From Octopus sinensis (Eukaryota), in the NCBI RefSeq assembly GCF_006345805.1, contig NC_042997.1:18228001-18292000 (forward strand): 64,000 bases of DNA. The letters are read 5' to 3'. Position 1 is the stretch's first letter, and each line of letters starts with the position of its first letter. A program made the translations under genes and the position numbers. Below, one piece after another: positions 25,800 through 37,790 of the stretch. The notes beneath the pieces were generated by a model. The model had not been told where the DNA came from and did not search any database. It saw only the letters and a program-made list of their open reading frames with translations.

Positions 25800-25920
25800 T
25801 TTATCATAAAATGTTTTTGAAAGTAGTTTCACGATTTCATGGAAACCAATCTCACTCGACTTTTTTGGCAGAATAAAGTTACAGTAACGCAGGAACTACC
25901 GTGCGTAGTAAAAGCCTTAC

Positions 25921-25939
25921 TTTCTGTTCTTCCGACCAT
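25921..25939 (-). CDS. Candidate first coding segment MVGRTE of an unidentified minus-strand gene
   Basis: gtcATGG start context, donor AAA|gtaagg, phase 1. Confidence 0.4.
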
Positions 25940-25976
25940 GACTTGCACTCGTTGTTAAAATTTCCTCGCTTTTTCT

Positions 25977-26344
25977 GGATGGGAAGCACTCCGTCGGTTA
26001 CGACGACGAGGGTTCCGGTTGATCCGAATCAACGGAACAGCCTGCTCGTGAAATTAACGTGTAAGTGGCTGAGCACTCCACAGACACGTGTACCCTTAAC
26101 GTAGTTCTCGGGGATATTCAGCGTGACACAGAGAGTGACAAGGCCGGCCCTTTGAAATACAGGTACAACAGAAATAGGAAGTAAGAGTGAGAGAAAGTTG
26201 TGGTGAAAGAGTACAGCAGGGATCACCACCATCCCCTGCCGGAGCCTCGTGGAGCTTTAGGTGTTTTCGCTCAATAAACACTTACAACGCCCGGTCTATG
26301 ACCGCGAGTCCGCTGCCCTAACCACTGGGCCATTGCGCCTCCAT
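25977..26344 (-). mobile_element. SINE family B with 11-bp target-site duplication and B-box deletion
   Basis: Near-identical to 35274-35655; tcgctttttct at 25966-25976 and 26345-26355. Confidence 0.9.
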
Positions 26345-26601
26345 TCGCTTTTTCTATAATACGCGGGAAACGTAATACCTCCTCCAGATTATAGGTAAAC
26401 TCAGAAAATGCATTAGCCACGCCGTCTGGCGTAAACAAGCTTACTGGATTTTCGGACTTCGCCGACTATAACTTAATTAATTGTTGTTGTTGTTGTAGTA
26501 TTTGTTTTTGCAACTCCTGTAGTTGTTCCTGTTGCTTCTCTTGAAGCTGTACTATTGCGGCTAATAGGTTTTCCATGACGAAGAATTGTCAAATAACGAA
26601 T
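26345..26601 (+). promoter_or_regulatory. Putative promoter and first exon of a plus-strand gene (divergent arrangement)
   Basis: CpG-rich unique sequence ending in donor AAT|gtgagt; CpG becomes scarce downstream. Confidence 0.35.
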
Positions 26602-27151
26602 GTGAGTTTCGAACGATCCTAGTCGCCATATGTAATATTCTTAGGGATAAATAAATACACGGCAACAGCGTAATAACAATATAATCGAAAAAAAAAGGCA
26701 GGAACCACATGGAATGTAATAGCAATCTTTTAAGGACCAAAAATCCAACACGCTAACTCTAAAGTCCAGGTGCCGAGCGGACAAGACTGACCTATTTTCT
26801 ATTAACACTAAATCAGTGAGCTCTTATCATATAGTGCTGTAAAAGTTTCCCCACTCAGAAGCCACAGAATGGAAGGTTTCCACTGTCAAAAATTAACCTT
26901 CTGAAAGCTGTGTGGGAGGCAACTGAGATCCATCTACTGGTCATAAACAAATTTATTAATCTTATTGATAACTAATTACACTGGAAGCAACATTATCTGC
27001 ATGTACAGATTTTGAAATAATTTTCTATATTGGACTTCAGAATTTAAAGTGTTGGCTTGTCAATATAAGTACAATACTATATCTTATATATATATATACG
27101 TTAAACGATGAATGTGAGTACTCAACACTGCATTGGTGGATATAATTTCTT

Positions 27152-27303
27152 TATTTGTGAATTAAGGCTACCATTGGTTTCATGTTAGGAGAAGTAGAAA
27201 AATATCTTAGAGTTTTAACAATATTTGATCGGCTTGTAAATTGTTAAGACACTAGAATATTTTCCTATTTCTCTTAACATGAAACCAATGATAGCTTTAA
27301 TTT

Positions 27304-27310
<7 letters not shown>
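27152..27310. repeat. Fold-back inverted repeat with about 70-bp arms (MITE-like)
   Basis: aattaaggctaccattggtttcatgttaggagaag pairs with ctatttctcttaacatgaaaccaatgatagctttaatt. Confidence 0.85.
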
Positions 27311-27351
<41 letters not shown>

Positions 27352-30142
27352 GTGTGTGTGTGTGTGGATGTGCTCAATAATTAGAGATAAAAATAATACC
27401 TGTTCAGTAAATAATCCAAATGTACTGGAAACAACACAAATTTATGTCTAGCTACTACAATAAATATTCATACAAGATTCAGTACTTTGAAATCTGAAAG
27501 TTCCATGACGTGAAAGAAGTAACCATCAGTGGAAAAAGAGAAGTCTGGTGTTAATACATGTTAAAGTTATTACAGACAGACAGACGCACACCCACTCACA
27601 CATGCAATATATATATATATGTATGTGTGTGTGTGTGTGTATACATACATAAACATGCTAGCATGGAAGGTGGACAGTAAACGATGATGATGATGATGAT
27701 ATATATATACATGTCTGTGTGTATATGTATGTGTGTATATATATATATATATAATATATATATATATATTATATATATATTATATATATAATTCATATTT
27801 AATATTTTCATAATAAAACTTACCCTTAAAAAGATATTCACAAAAATTCATTTAAATGTTCTTTGAGTATCTGATATTTCCATAAGACATTCTAGTATTT
27901 TAGATTAAAAGTTTTATTCATCTTAAGATCAATGTGGTTTTATGAGTCACTCTGACGTTTGAATATTTTTTCACTTGAAAGCTCTAATAGCTATTTTGGT
28001 CTTTTGTTGAATTCGTCAGATGCATTTCTGCACTAATTGATAGCACTCACTGCATTGAAATGTTAAAATGGCTGACCAAATAAGACATACCTTGCAGGCA
28101 AGGGAATCTGAATTAACACTTTTGTGAAAATAAAAAATAAATATGTGTGAAATATATACATATTCCCCCACTTGTTTAACAAAATCATTTAAAGTAAACT
28201 TGGTATAAAGTGTGATCAATATAATAAAAAATACTCCCAAAAGTATGAGAAGCAAAGAAAAATGTAGGTAGAATGTAAAAAGTGTGTTGTGATAAAAGGG
28301 TCTGAAACATAACTGTTAAGCCTTAGAGTGTATGTTATTTTCATATCAATTCAAAGGATCAGAAAAACTATACTCAAACAACTCTTTTATTAATTGTTTT
28401 ATTTTATTTTATTTTTTGTCTGTAATGCTTCTCTGACTCGTCCTTTACCATAAAGAACATTCAATTTTGACACTATAAAAATAGCGAATGGAAAGAAAGG
28501 TTTTTATTGAGACTCTTATACCCCCAAAAATTCTTTCTTTTCTTTTTTCCTTTTGTTATTGAGGAATTTTCTTTTCTTATAAATATTTTCATGAAGCAAC
28601 ACTTGGTTGAATAATGCTTCATTTATTGTTGCTGTTGTCATCATCATCATCATCATTGCTGTTGTTGATATTATTATTATTTATTGATAATATATGAAAT
28701 GCATAAGCTCAATATTTTAAAGTTAAAACATCAAAATTTTCAGGCCCTCAGGAGAAATGTGGATTTTTTAAAACTTCTCTTATTCATAATTATATAGAAA
28801 ATAATATTTTTTAAAATCCTTTTAGGGTTTCTATGAGAGAAGTAGATATATATTTCTACAGAGAAGGCTGATTCATAATGATTCATCAATCTCAATAAAA
28901 TACTCTTGTTAACTTTATAACAAGGCTGATGCATATGTAGAACTGTTTTGTGCTTATAAAACTGATAGTTTAATACAGAATTATTCTTCCAGGTTGTAAA
29001 GAAAACATTGAATGTGATTTAAACAAAAGAGGATATTTGTTTCTCATTAAACACACAGACATAAACACATACACACACATGCACAGACACACACACACAC
29101 AAACACACACACACACCTGTTTATTTGAGTACTTATAATTAGCGATGTAGGTTAATGAGTGATCTGTTCTATTGATGAACAATTGCAGCATGGAAGGTGT
29201 TTATAAGCCATTTAAAAACACACAAAAACTGTTAGATTCACTTCAACATTTAAGTTTAATTTGCCAAAATATTTTCATCACTTTGAGACCGCGACTGACA
29301 AAATTCCATGATGCAGCACGGAATTTTGTCAGTGATCAAGTCGTGTGTTTTGTTTTTGTTTCAGCACATGATCCCAGATCAGGTCACTTGCTATGCAAGT
29401 ACATATCCATAATGTTCTATTGATATTTTCGAGAAAATTTGCTATTTTCATAACTAAATAAATTGAGAAAAAGAATTAAGCATTTTACTGAGAAGAACAT
29501 GACATTTCCAGAAAATTTGAAATTCATATACCTCATTATTGTGTAGATTAACACCATAGTCAACTAATCATTTCACATCTGAGTAGCTCAATTTCGTTTT
29601 TAGATTCAGATTTCCAGTTGTTGAAATATAACTTCTTACAAGTTTATTAACATACAACAGTGAAAAGAAGCTGAAGGTCATAAAGATATAAGCAATTTTA
29701 TAGCTTTGTTTCATCTCTTTAAAGAAATCAATTTTTTTCCGTTGTTTCTGAGAATGATCTTTCATTATAAAACAGAATAATTGTTGTATATTATATGCAA
29801 TACAGCAACAGTTTCTTTTATCATTAATCTTTTACTTGCTATATTTTGGGGGGAGAGCAGCTACACTGAGGCATTGCTTTGAATGGTTTAATCAAACAAG
29901 TTTCCCCTTTGTAGCAATTGTCTAAAATTTGGTACTTACTCTTTCAGTATCTTTTGCTGAATCACTAAGTTACAGGAACATAAATGAAGTAACAACGGTT
30001 TCAAATAAGGTGGGAACAAACACACACATACGCATACATATACATACACATTTATGCATGTATAAATGTATGTATATGTATATGTGTGTGTGTATATATT
30101 TATATTTATGTATATATATATGTGTGTGTGCATATATGTATC

Positions 30143-30220
<78 letters not shown>

Positions 30221-32120
30221 ATAAAAATCCATTCTGTCTGTCTGTGTGTGTGTCTTCTAGGATCTCAGGCATCCTCCATCCAATTGCGCTCAAATTTGAT
30301 GTGTAGATACCGACGATAAAGCCGTGGGAACGTGCATTTGTACGTGCAAGTACATCAGCTGTTGCCATCAATACTACTCGTACATGAGAAAAATGCATGT
30401 GCAGTTTGAATGAGTTTGAAAGGAAGCAGAAATAAATATAGCTTGAAAGTTTTTAATTAATAACTACACATAACCATTTAGGCTTTTATAGTTATGTAGT
30501 CTGTTCTCCTTATGGTCTAACAGTGCTTACTCGTCTCATTTATCACATGGATTGTCGAGTTATCAAGGCATTAAAGTAAAGCAAATGCATCAGATCCTTT
30601 AGCCTGAATTGTGCTCAGAATTCTACATTTTATCTAATCAATTAAAATTAATATCATTGGAAATAACCATACCTGGGAAATGATTAAATTAAAGTGTGTT
30701 GGAACTTTCTAGTCTAAAATCATCAATTCCTGTACTCATCTATTGTATAGTAGGTCTAACACACTGTCTGTTCCAATATCAATATGTAGTCCTTGTCAAT
30801 GGACACTACACTGCACTAATAATTAGATATGACCATCATATCAACAAAATATTTTTTGCAATAATAATGTCTAATGAGTCAGTCACCTGTGACACTAGCT
30901 GTGACAATTGCTGCATAACCAGGCTTCAATCAAACAGTAAGAAAATTCATGTTCAAGTAAAAGGCATTTGAATTTACACTATTAATTTTACTGGCAAATA
31001 TGAGTAAAGACAAATTGTTTCATCAGACTTTCGATGAAAAGAACAGTATAAGTAGGACTTTTTAAAAAGTTTGTTTAAGCTTCCAGTTAAAAGAAATTAT
31101 CATAAATAAAACTTGTGAAGATTCTCTACTCTAAAATGGAGTAGAAAACTGAGCATTATGTATTATCTTGAAACACATTAGTCAAACTAAGAGCTTAATT
31201 GCATTAGCAAATACAAGCAGTACTTGCTATTCAAGTATTGCTTTCCATAATAATCCTGTTTTGAATTAATATCCACACTAAAGTGGTTATTATAGACTCA
31301 GTAAAGGGTAAGTTGTAGGTAAACAACCATATTGATCCACCTTTGGTAAATACTGTGAATAAAGAGGCAATGAATTGACGTGTTGGGTTCTGGATTTCTA
31401 GATAACCTGTTGAGGAAAATCTATAAATGTTTTAGCTGCTAATGTTTTCACTGTTTGACTGTGCCTACAAAGAAATTGCAATGATGTTTAGAAACTGAGT
31501 CAAGCTTCTTTGACAGTATAGTTATAATCTTTTATATCTCCATTTCATTTAATAGTAAGTTATTAAAACCTCCCCACTAGTGATTGCATTTCATCTTGCC
31601 CCTTTTTTTTTATTCATGTATTAATCATTTCCTTCTTTATTGAAATGTGTTCCATTATTTTCTTTAATAAATTCTTTCTTATGAATGAAATTATGCCAAG
31701 TTATTTGGAAGTAAGATCTTTATTTCCTGTACAGTAGTTTTAAACACCCTCTTTTTATCACCAAACTATTATATTGCTAGTATTGATTGTAGGAAATTGA
31801 TATGAATAGACATTCAATTTCGAAAGCACTATTAGTGTTATTTCATAACGAATATAAGCCTTTTAGTGCATTATCTGCCCTTCATAGTGACCTCTGATGA
31901 ATAGACGTTATGAATTCAATGAAAGCTGAGATAGAGATTTAAATACAAGCATTCTCATTATATTGTGAACTTTTCAAAAAGTATGCTAAATATCACAAAC
32001 ATTCTGTTATATATTCATCATCATTATATTAAGTAAAAGCGACAACTTACATTTGTATCAAGTGACAAAATTGTTATGGTGCTAAGCTTATTCAGTTTCT
32101 TTTCTATTTTCCTTCTTTAG

Positions 32121-32148
32121 ACAGCTCTTTGCTGGTTCTCCATCATGG
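32121..32148 (+). other. Candidate 28-nt exon containing catcATGG
   Basis: Strong acceptor ttttccttctttag and donor TGG|gtaaga. Confidence 0.5.
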
Positions 32149-33689
32149 GTAAGATCAATGTAGTTTGATGTTCAACAAATGTAGTTTGAAACGTTTAGAT
32201 ATAATGTAGGGAGAGAAAAGTCTTAGAGAGCTGTGGTTCTTGGAGTAAAATGTTGAAAACAATGTTCAATGTGGGATTTGGTGACCAGATATACAGTTGA
32301 TGATGAGAAGAGACACGAATGCATCAAGCTGCTTTTTACCACTTGTAAATTCTAATCAAGTACATCTATTATAATAAAAATTGTCAGTCAAACAAAGCAA
32401 GACTAGATGGATAAGATACATGGATTTATAGGTCAGAGGATCAGAAGCTGTTATAGTAGGGGTAAAAGAAATAGCAAGAAAAACATGTAATGCAAAACCA
32501 GTTGTTATATTATATTTACCAATCAGATAATTTTCTTTTTGCTGGAGTGGATGTGGCTTAGCATGTTTGTGCATGTAGCAGTATTGCTCTTCCAGATATG
32601 AAAGTGCTACTCATCTATCTATCTGTCAGTCTGCTTTTCTGTCTGTCTGTCTTTCTCTCTCTGTGTATATATATACATATACATATATGTGTGTAATCCA
32701 AAGTGTATAGTATTATATATCCATTATGGCTGACCTTACCAACTGGTTTTGTGCAAGGGATTCAATGGAGTGTTAGCTAACAATCCGGTTATATAACCCT
32801 GCACACATCAGAAGTAGCTGATATGGAATGAAATATGGCCACTGCTCTCTATTGTTAGAGGTAAATAGACATGTCTGGTTCGCAGTTGCTGTGGAAAAGA
32901 TGACGGAACAAAATGATTATAAACTTCCAAACACATTGTACCTCTACATACACTGCATGTACACATAAAGGCCCCACGAACTTAACCAATACATAAAAGA
33001 AATAAAATACACTAATGAATACAGGTATGTATGCCCACACCCCCTGCAAAAGTTATATATATAGTACCACTACACAAATTCCATTTCCACAAGAAAACCT
33101 AACTTAGGGACACACACATTTCCTGTAAACACTTCCAGAAAACTCTTACTGATTTGTAACCTAACCACCCTAGTGGCAATGTTTTGGTACTAAGGGACAT
33201 AACTCTTAACTCAATCCCCTAATCCTTTCATTTCATTATTTTTTCCACAGCAACTGCAAACCGGAAGTGTCTATTCACCTCCAACAATAGAGAGCAATTG
33301 CCATATTTCATTCCATATTGGCTACCTCTGATGAGGACAGGGTTACATAATCAGATAGTAACATAACACTCCATTGAATCCCTAGTGTGAAACTGATTGG
33401 TAAGGTCGGCCATAATGAATATATAATACTGTACACTGGATATTATACCCACTCTATTGACAGATATACAAGTGAATTTTTTTCCTGACTTATGGACTTT
33501 TGACAAATTACACTTATAAGGTAAAAGTTTTTATTTTTCATTCCTTTTGAAGATTGCTCTTAAATGTGGTTTTGATCGTTTTGACTACTTCTTCTAGCAT
33601 GTAAAAACTGCCTGTTGAAGGCAGTTTTCTCTTGTGTTCAAATGTACCCTATTTTATATTGAGTATATATATATATATATATAATATAT

Positions 33690-33905
33690 GTATATATATG
33701 TATGTATTTGTGTGTCTGTGTTTCCCCCCCCCCATTGCTTGACAACCGATGTTGGTGAGTTTATGTTTCCGTAATTTAACAGTTCAGGAAAAGAGACCAA
33801 TAAAATAAGTACTAGGCTTACAAAGAATAAGTCCTGGGGTGAATTTGTTCGACTAAGGGTGGTGCTCCAGCTTGGCTGCAGTGAAATGGTTAAAACAAGT
33901 AAAAT
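33690..33905 (+). mobile_element. SINE family C, 3' half
   Basis: attgcttgacaaccgatgttgg...aagaataagtcctggggt matches 52647-53047. Confidence 0.8.
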
Positions 33906-33929
33906 AATAAAAGAATATATATATAATCA

Positions 33930-34420
33930 TGTAAAGCATATGAATGAAGACAGTTGTATCAAGAGGTACCAATCTCTAATTGTAGAGGGAACATGTGGAA
34001 AGAATGGACCCAGGAAAATGTGGGATGAAATGGTGAGAAAGGATCTTCAGATGTTGAGTCTCAGAGAGGGGATGACAGGGGACTGAGACTCCTGGTGGTC
34101 TGCAGTGCTTGAAAAGATATGTTAAATTCGGTAAAAGTGTGGCTGTCCTTGAAAACAAGCTTGGCTCCTGCATCCCTCTCCAGCTGAGCATTCTGAATCT
34201 TGCAGGCTTATGGGTGCTGGTGCCACATAAAATGCACCTGTACCAGTGCCATGTAAATGCACCCAGTAACACCATAAAGTGGTTGGTATTAGGAAGGACA
34301 CTCAGCCATAAAAACCATGCCAAAACAGACGTAGAGCCTGTGCAGCTCATCAGCTGGCCAGCTACTGTCAAACTGTTCAACACAAGCATGCAGGGAAACG
34401 GACATTAAAGGATGTTGATG
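33930..34420 (+). mobile_element. RTE-type LINE 3' end with (GAT)n tail
   Basis: HVKHMNEDSCIKRYQSLIVEGTCGKNGPRKMWDEMVRKDL followed by the family 3' UTR. Confidence 0.8.
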
Positions 34421-34422
34421 AT

Positions 34423-34454
<32 letters not shown>

Positions 34455-34618
34455 CACACACACAACACACACACACACACACACATACACACACACACAC
34501 GTATATATACAAATATATTTATACATACACATACAGATATACATGCAAACACATATATTCACATGCATATAGGTGTACATATAGTGACAAGTTAGTTGAA
34601 TCTATTTCTTTTCTTCAG

Positions 34619-34640
34619 GATTTAGGTGGCATGGAAGACG
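34619..34640 (+). CDS. Candidate 22-nt exon (GFRWHGR or DLGGMED depending on frame)
   Basis: Acceptor tttcttttcttcag, donor ACG|gtatgg. Confidence 0.35.
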
Positions 34641-34781
34641 GTATGGAACTTTAGTTCTGCTTCTGTATGCGAGTGCCTTTCTATAATTGGTCATACCATA
34701 TGGCCAATCAACTGTTAATATAAATGCACATGTTTATTCACACAGCACATGCATATATATTGACATACACTGATACATTCA

Positions 34782-34814
<33 letters not shown>

Positions 34815-35273
34815 ATAAAAGATGAAGGATTAAGGGTCTTTCCCAAGTCATAAGCTGATAAGATCACTTTTTTGCATACTGTGGCATACATTTTCCCCAC
34901 CTTTAATTGGATGCTGCTATATCATGAAATTGAAATTTATAATTTTTACTGGCTGAGTACACTGAACCAACATGAAATAAAGTGTTTTGCTAAAGAACAC
35001 AAGGTTCAGGAATCAAAACCACAATCTTATGATCATGAATGCAATGTCCTAACTACTAAGCCACACATCCTCCACACACACAACAAAAGTAGCATTAACA
35101 TGTGTATGTGTGTATATCTTTGTGTTTGTGTTTGTCCTACCCCACTGTTTGACAACTGATGTTATCTCCGTAACATAGCTGTTTAGCAAGTGAGACCAAA
35201 GCCTAAAAAGAAAATAGTACTGGTATCGATAAACAAGAAAAATGATATGTGTGTATGCATGTATGTACGTGTG

Positions 35274-35655
35274 TGGAGGCGCAATGGCCCAGTGGTTAGG
35301 GCAGCGGACTCGCGGTCGGAGGATCGCGGCGTCGATTCCCATACCGGGCATTGTGAGTGTTTATTGAGCAAAAACACCAAAAGCTCCATGAGGCTCTGGC
35401 AGGAGGTGGTGGTGAACCCTGCTGTACTCTTTCACCACAACTTTCTCTCACTCTTTCTTCCTGTTTCTCTTGTACTTGTATTTCAAAGGGCCAGCCTTGT
35501 CACACTCTGTGTCACGCTGAATCTCCCCGAGAACTACGTTAAGGGTACACGTGTCTGTGGAGTGCTCAGCCACTTGCACGTTAATATCATGAGCAAGCTG
35601 TTCCGTTGATCGTATCAGCTGGGACCCTCATCGTCGAAACCGACGGAGTGCTCCT
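35274..35655 (+). mobile_element. SINE family B, full length
   Basis: tRNA-like head ggaggcgcaatggcccagtggttagggc...gtcgattccc plus family body. Confidence 0.9.
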
Positions 35656-37758
35656 ATATATGTACATGTGTATGTATGCATGTATGTATGCATAAAATTA
35701 CCAGTGACTTTTTGCAACCACTTCTACATTCTGTAGGTAGTTCAATTCTCAACTAAATTAAATCGAGCTAAGTTCATTGAAAAGAAACAGTGCTTGCTAT
35801 ATTTTGAGATGTAATAATAGAAAATTGGTTGGGTATAATTATGATAAAATGCTTTAAAAAGTGAGAGAGTAACGAATAGGTGCAACTTCTAAGCAGTAAA
35901 TTACATTGTAACTTTCTTATTTTTGTTTTAATTTCATTTAAATAAAAGACCATTGAGAGAAATTTAATTCTACTGATCTCCTCGAAATAGACACTACAGA
36001 GAAGACTTAATGCAGCAAAAGAGGTCAAGTTTGAATGAGTAAAGCTCAGACTCATCTTTAAACTATAATATCCCTGCTATGTTTTGGAAACGTAGTATAA
36101 TTCAGCTTATTCGTAAAACCTCAATGAAATAAGTCTGTTTCTGTAAACCTCATCGACATTTGTGCAACAAAATTTATATCTTGCAGCAAAACACGATTGG
36201 ATTTCAAAGAGCAAGGCCCACATTCATCTTTTACCCATTGTATCTAGGTTCTTTTAAAGCAAAGTTCAGTTTTAATTTTTGCACATGATTTGTATGATTC
36301 TTGATGTTAATGCATGTGTTGAAACAGATGTTGTCATATCTCAAGAGGATCATTATGCCAATAATAAACACACACACTGGTTTTATTTAATTTTTATTAG
36401 TAATAGTAAATTTGTTAAGATTTAACCAATTGACTACTTGATTAACTGTTTGGTCAATCAATTAATCTGCTAGGTTTGTGAATGTTCATTCACCACCATT
36501 CGCGACTTCCTCAATGACACCTCACCTCTACTCCAGAAATCTTTCAGGTCTGTCTAAGCTTTCTTAAAATATCTAAATGAGAGAAACTTGAAACTTGGAA
36601 ACGTTGCCAAAATTGGTACAATAGTAAAATCTTATGAAGCAAAACATTGTCAAATTTGAGAGTGATCCCTGAATATATTTTGTGGTGTTGATTGAAAGTT
36701 TTGAAAATAAACTTAAATAAAAAGAAAAGAGATAGCATTATATGGAGATTTTGACCAGATTCAGTTCATTTCCAGTTTTGGTTTGGTTTCGTTTAGCTGT
36801 ATGTATGGTCATAGGAAAGTAACATTACACAAATTAAAATTTTTCTCATTTTCAATATTTTGAATGTTTGTGTAATTTAATAGATCACATGTAGAGAGCA
36901 GACTTTAGGTGCAAAAATTCGGTTTTTTAAATGCAGCTTTGAGATGCAAAACATTGTAATTTTAAGTGCAATTTTAGGTGCAAAAGATACCTTCATTTTT
37001 CCTTTTAAAAAGCCAACATTCTTTGATAATTAGATTATTCTTGGATTTAAAGCATAAATACACATATTTAATCCTATCAAGAAGTTCATTCCACTTGTTT
37101 TCAAAATACACTTTATTTTTCAGTTGTTAGGCAATTGTTTTCTATGTTTATTTCCATACAAATAGCACAAATAATTAATAATTAAAACAATAAATAGGAG
37201 TGCTTAACACCAAATTTAGGACTCAGAATTATGTTAGGAAAAATTTATCAACTATATCAAAATCAGATAAATTAATGGAATTGGGCATTAAAAATTTATC
37301 AGACTTAATATATGAACATATCTTGTTTTTATTTAAATTCATTATTGTATGCATTTAAATATCAGTTTAACAAATGAATTTCAAACCGTTTTTTTTAAGA
37401 TATTAAAAATTTTATAAAAGATGTTTTTGGTTTTGTAATTTTTTTATGAAAGTATTTTTAAAACTTTATACATTTATTTAAGTATAAAGTATTAAAAACT
37501 TTTTTACATGAGCTATTATTGTTGTCCTGCCAATTTTTCTGCCACTGCCCTGATCATCATATCTAGATGCAGCAAGTGCAGCAAAGAGCTGGGTTATCAC
37601 AAACTCCTAAAATTCTACATTTAAGGAAAATAGATGAAATTTTATGTTCCACACGTTTGTTGGTCAAGTCTTATAGATGTCAAGAGTGTTGTGTATCAAT
37701 AGTCCAAGAGAGTTTTCCAATCCTTTCATTTCTGCTAGGAATAAATTTTCATTTTTAG

Positions 37759-37790
37759 AGTCTTGGTATGAGTGCAAACGTCCAAGAACG
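37759..37790 (+). CDS. Candidate 32-nt exon (E)SWYECKRPRT
   Basis: Acceptor ttttcatttttag, donor ACG|gtaaaa. Confidence 0.3.

Noticed and set aside
31018-31040. CUGAUGA next to GAAAGUC on the minus strand
   Set aside because: No room for stem I; it is a simple 6-bp hairpin
35274-35350. tRNA-like A and B boxes, also at 52650, 55850 and 61975
   Set aside because: These are SINE heads continuing into family bodies, with no complete cloverleaf
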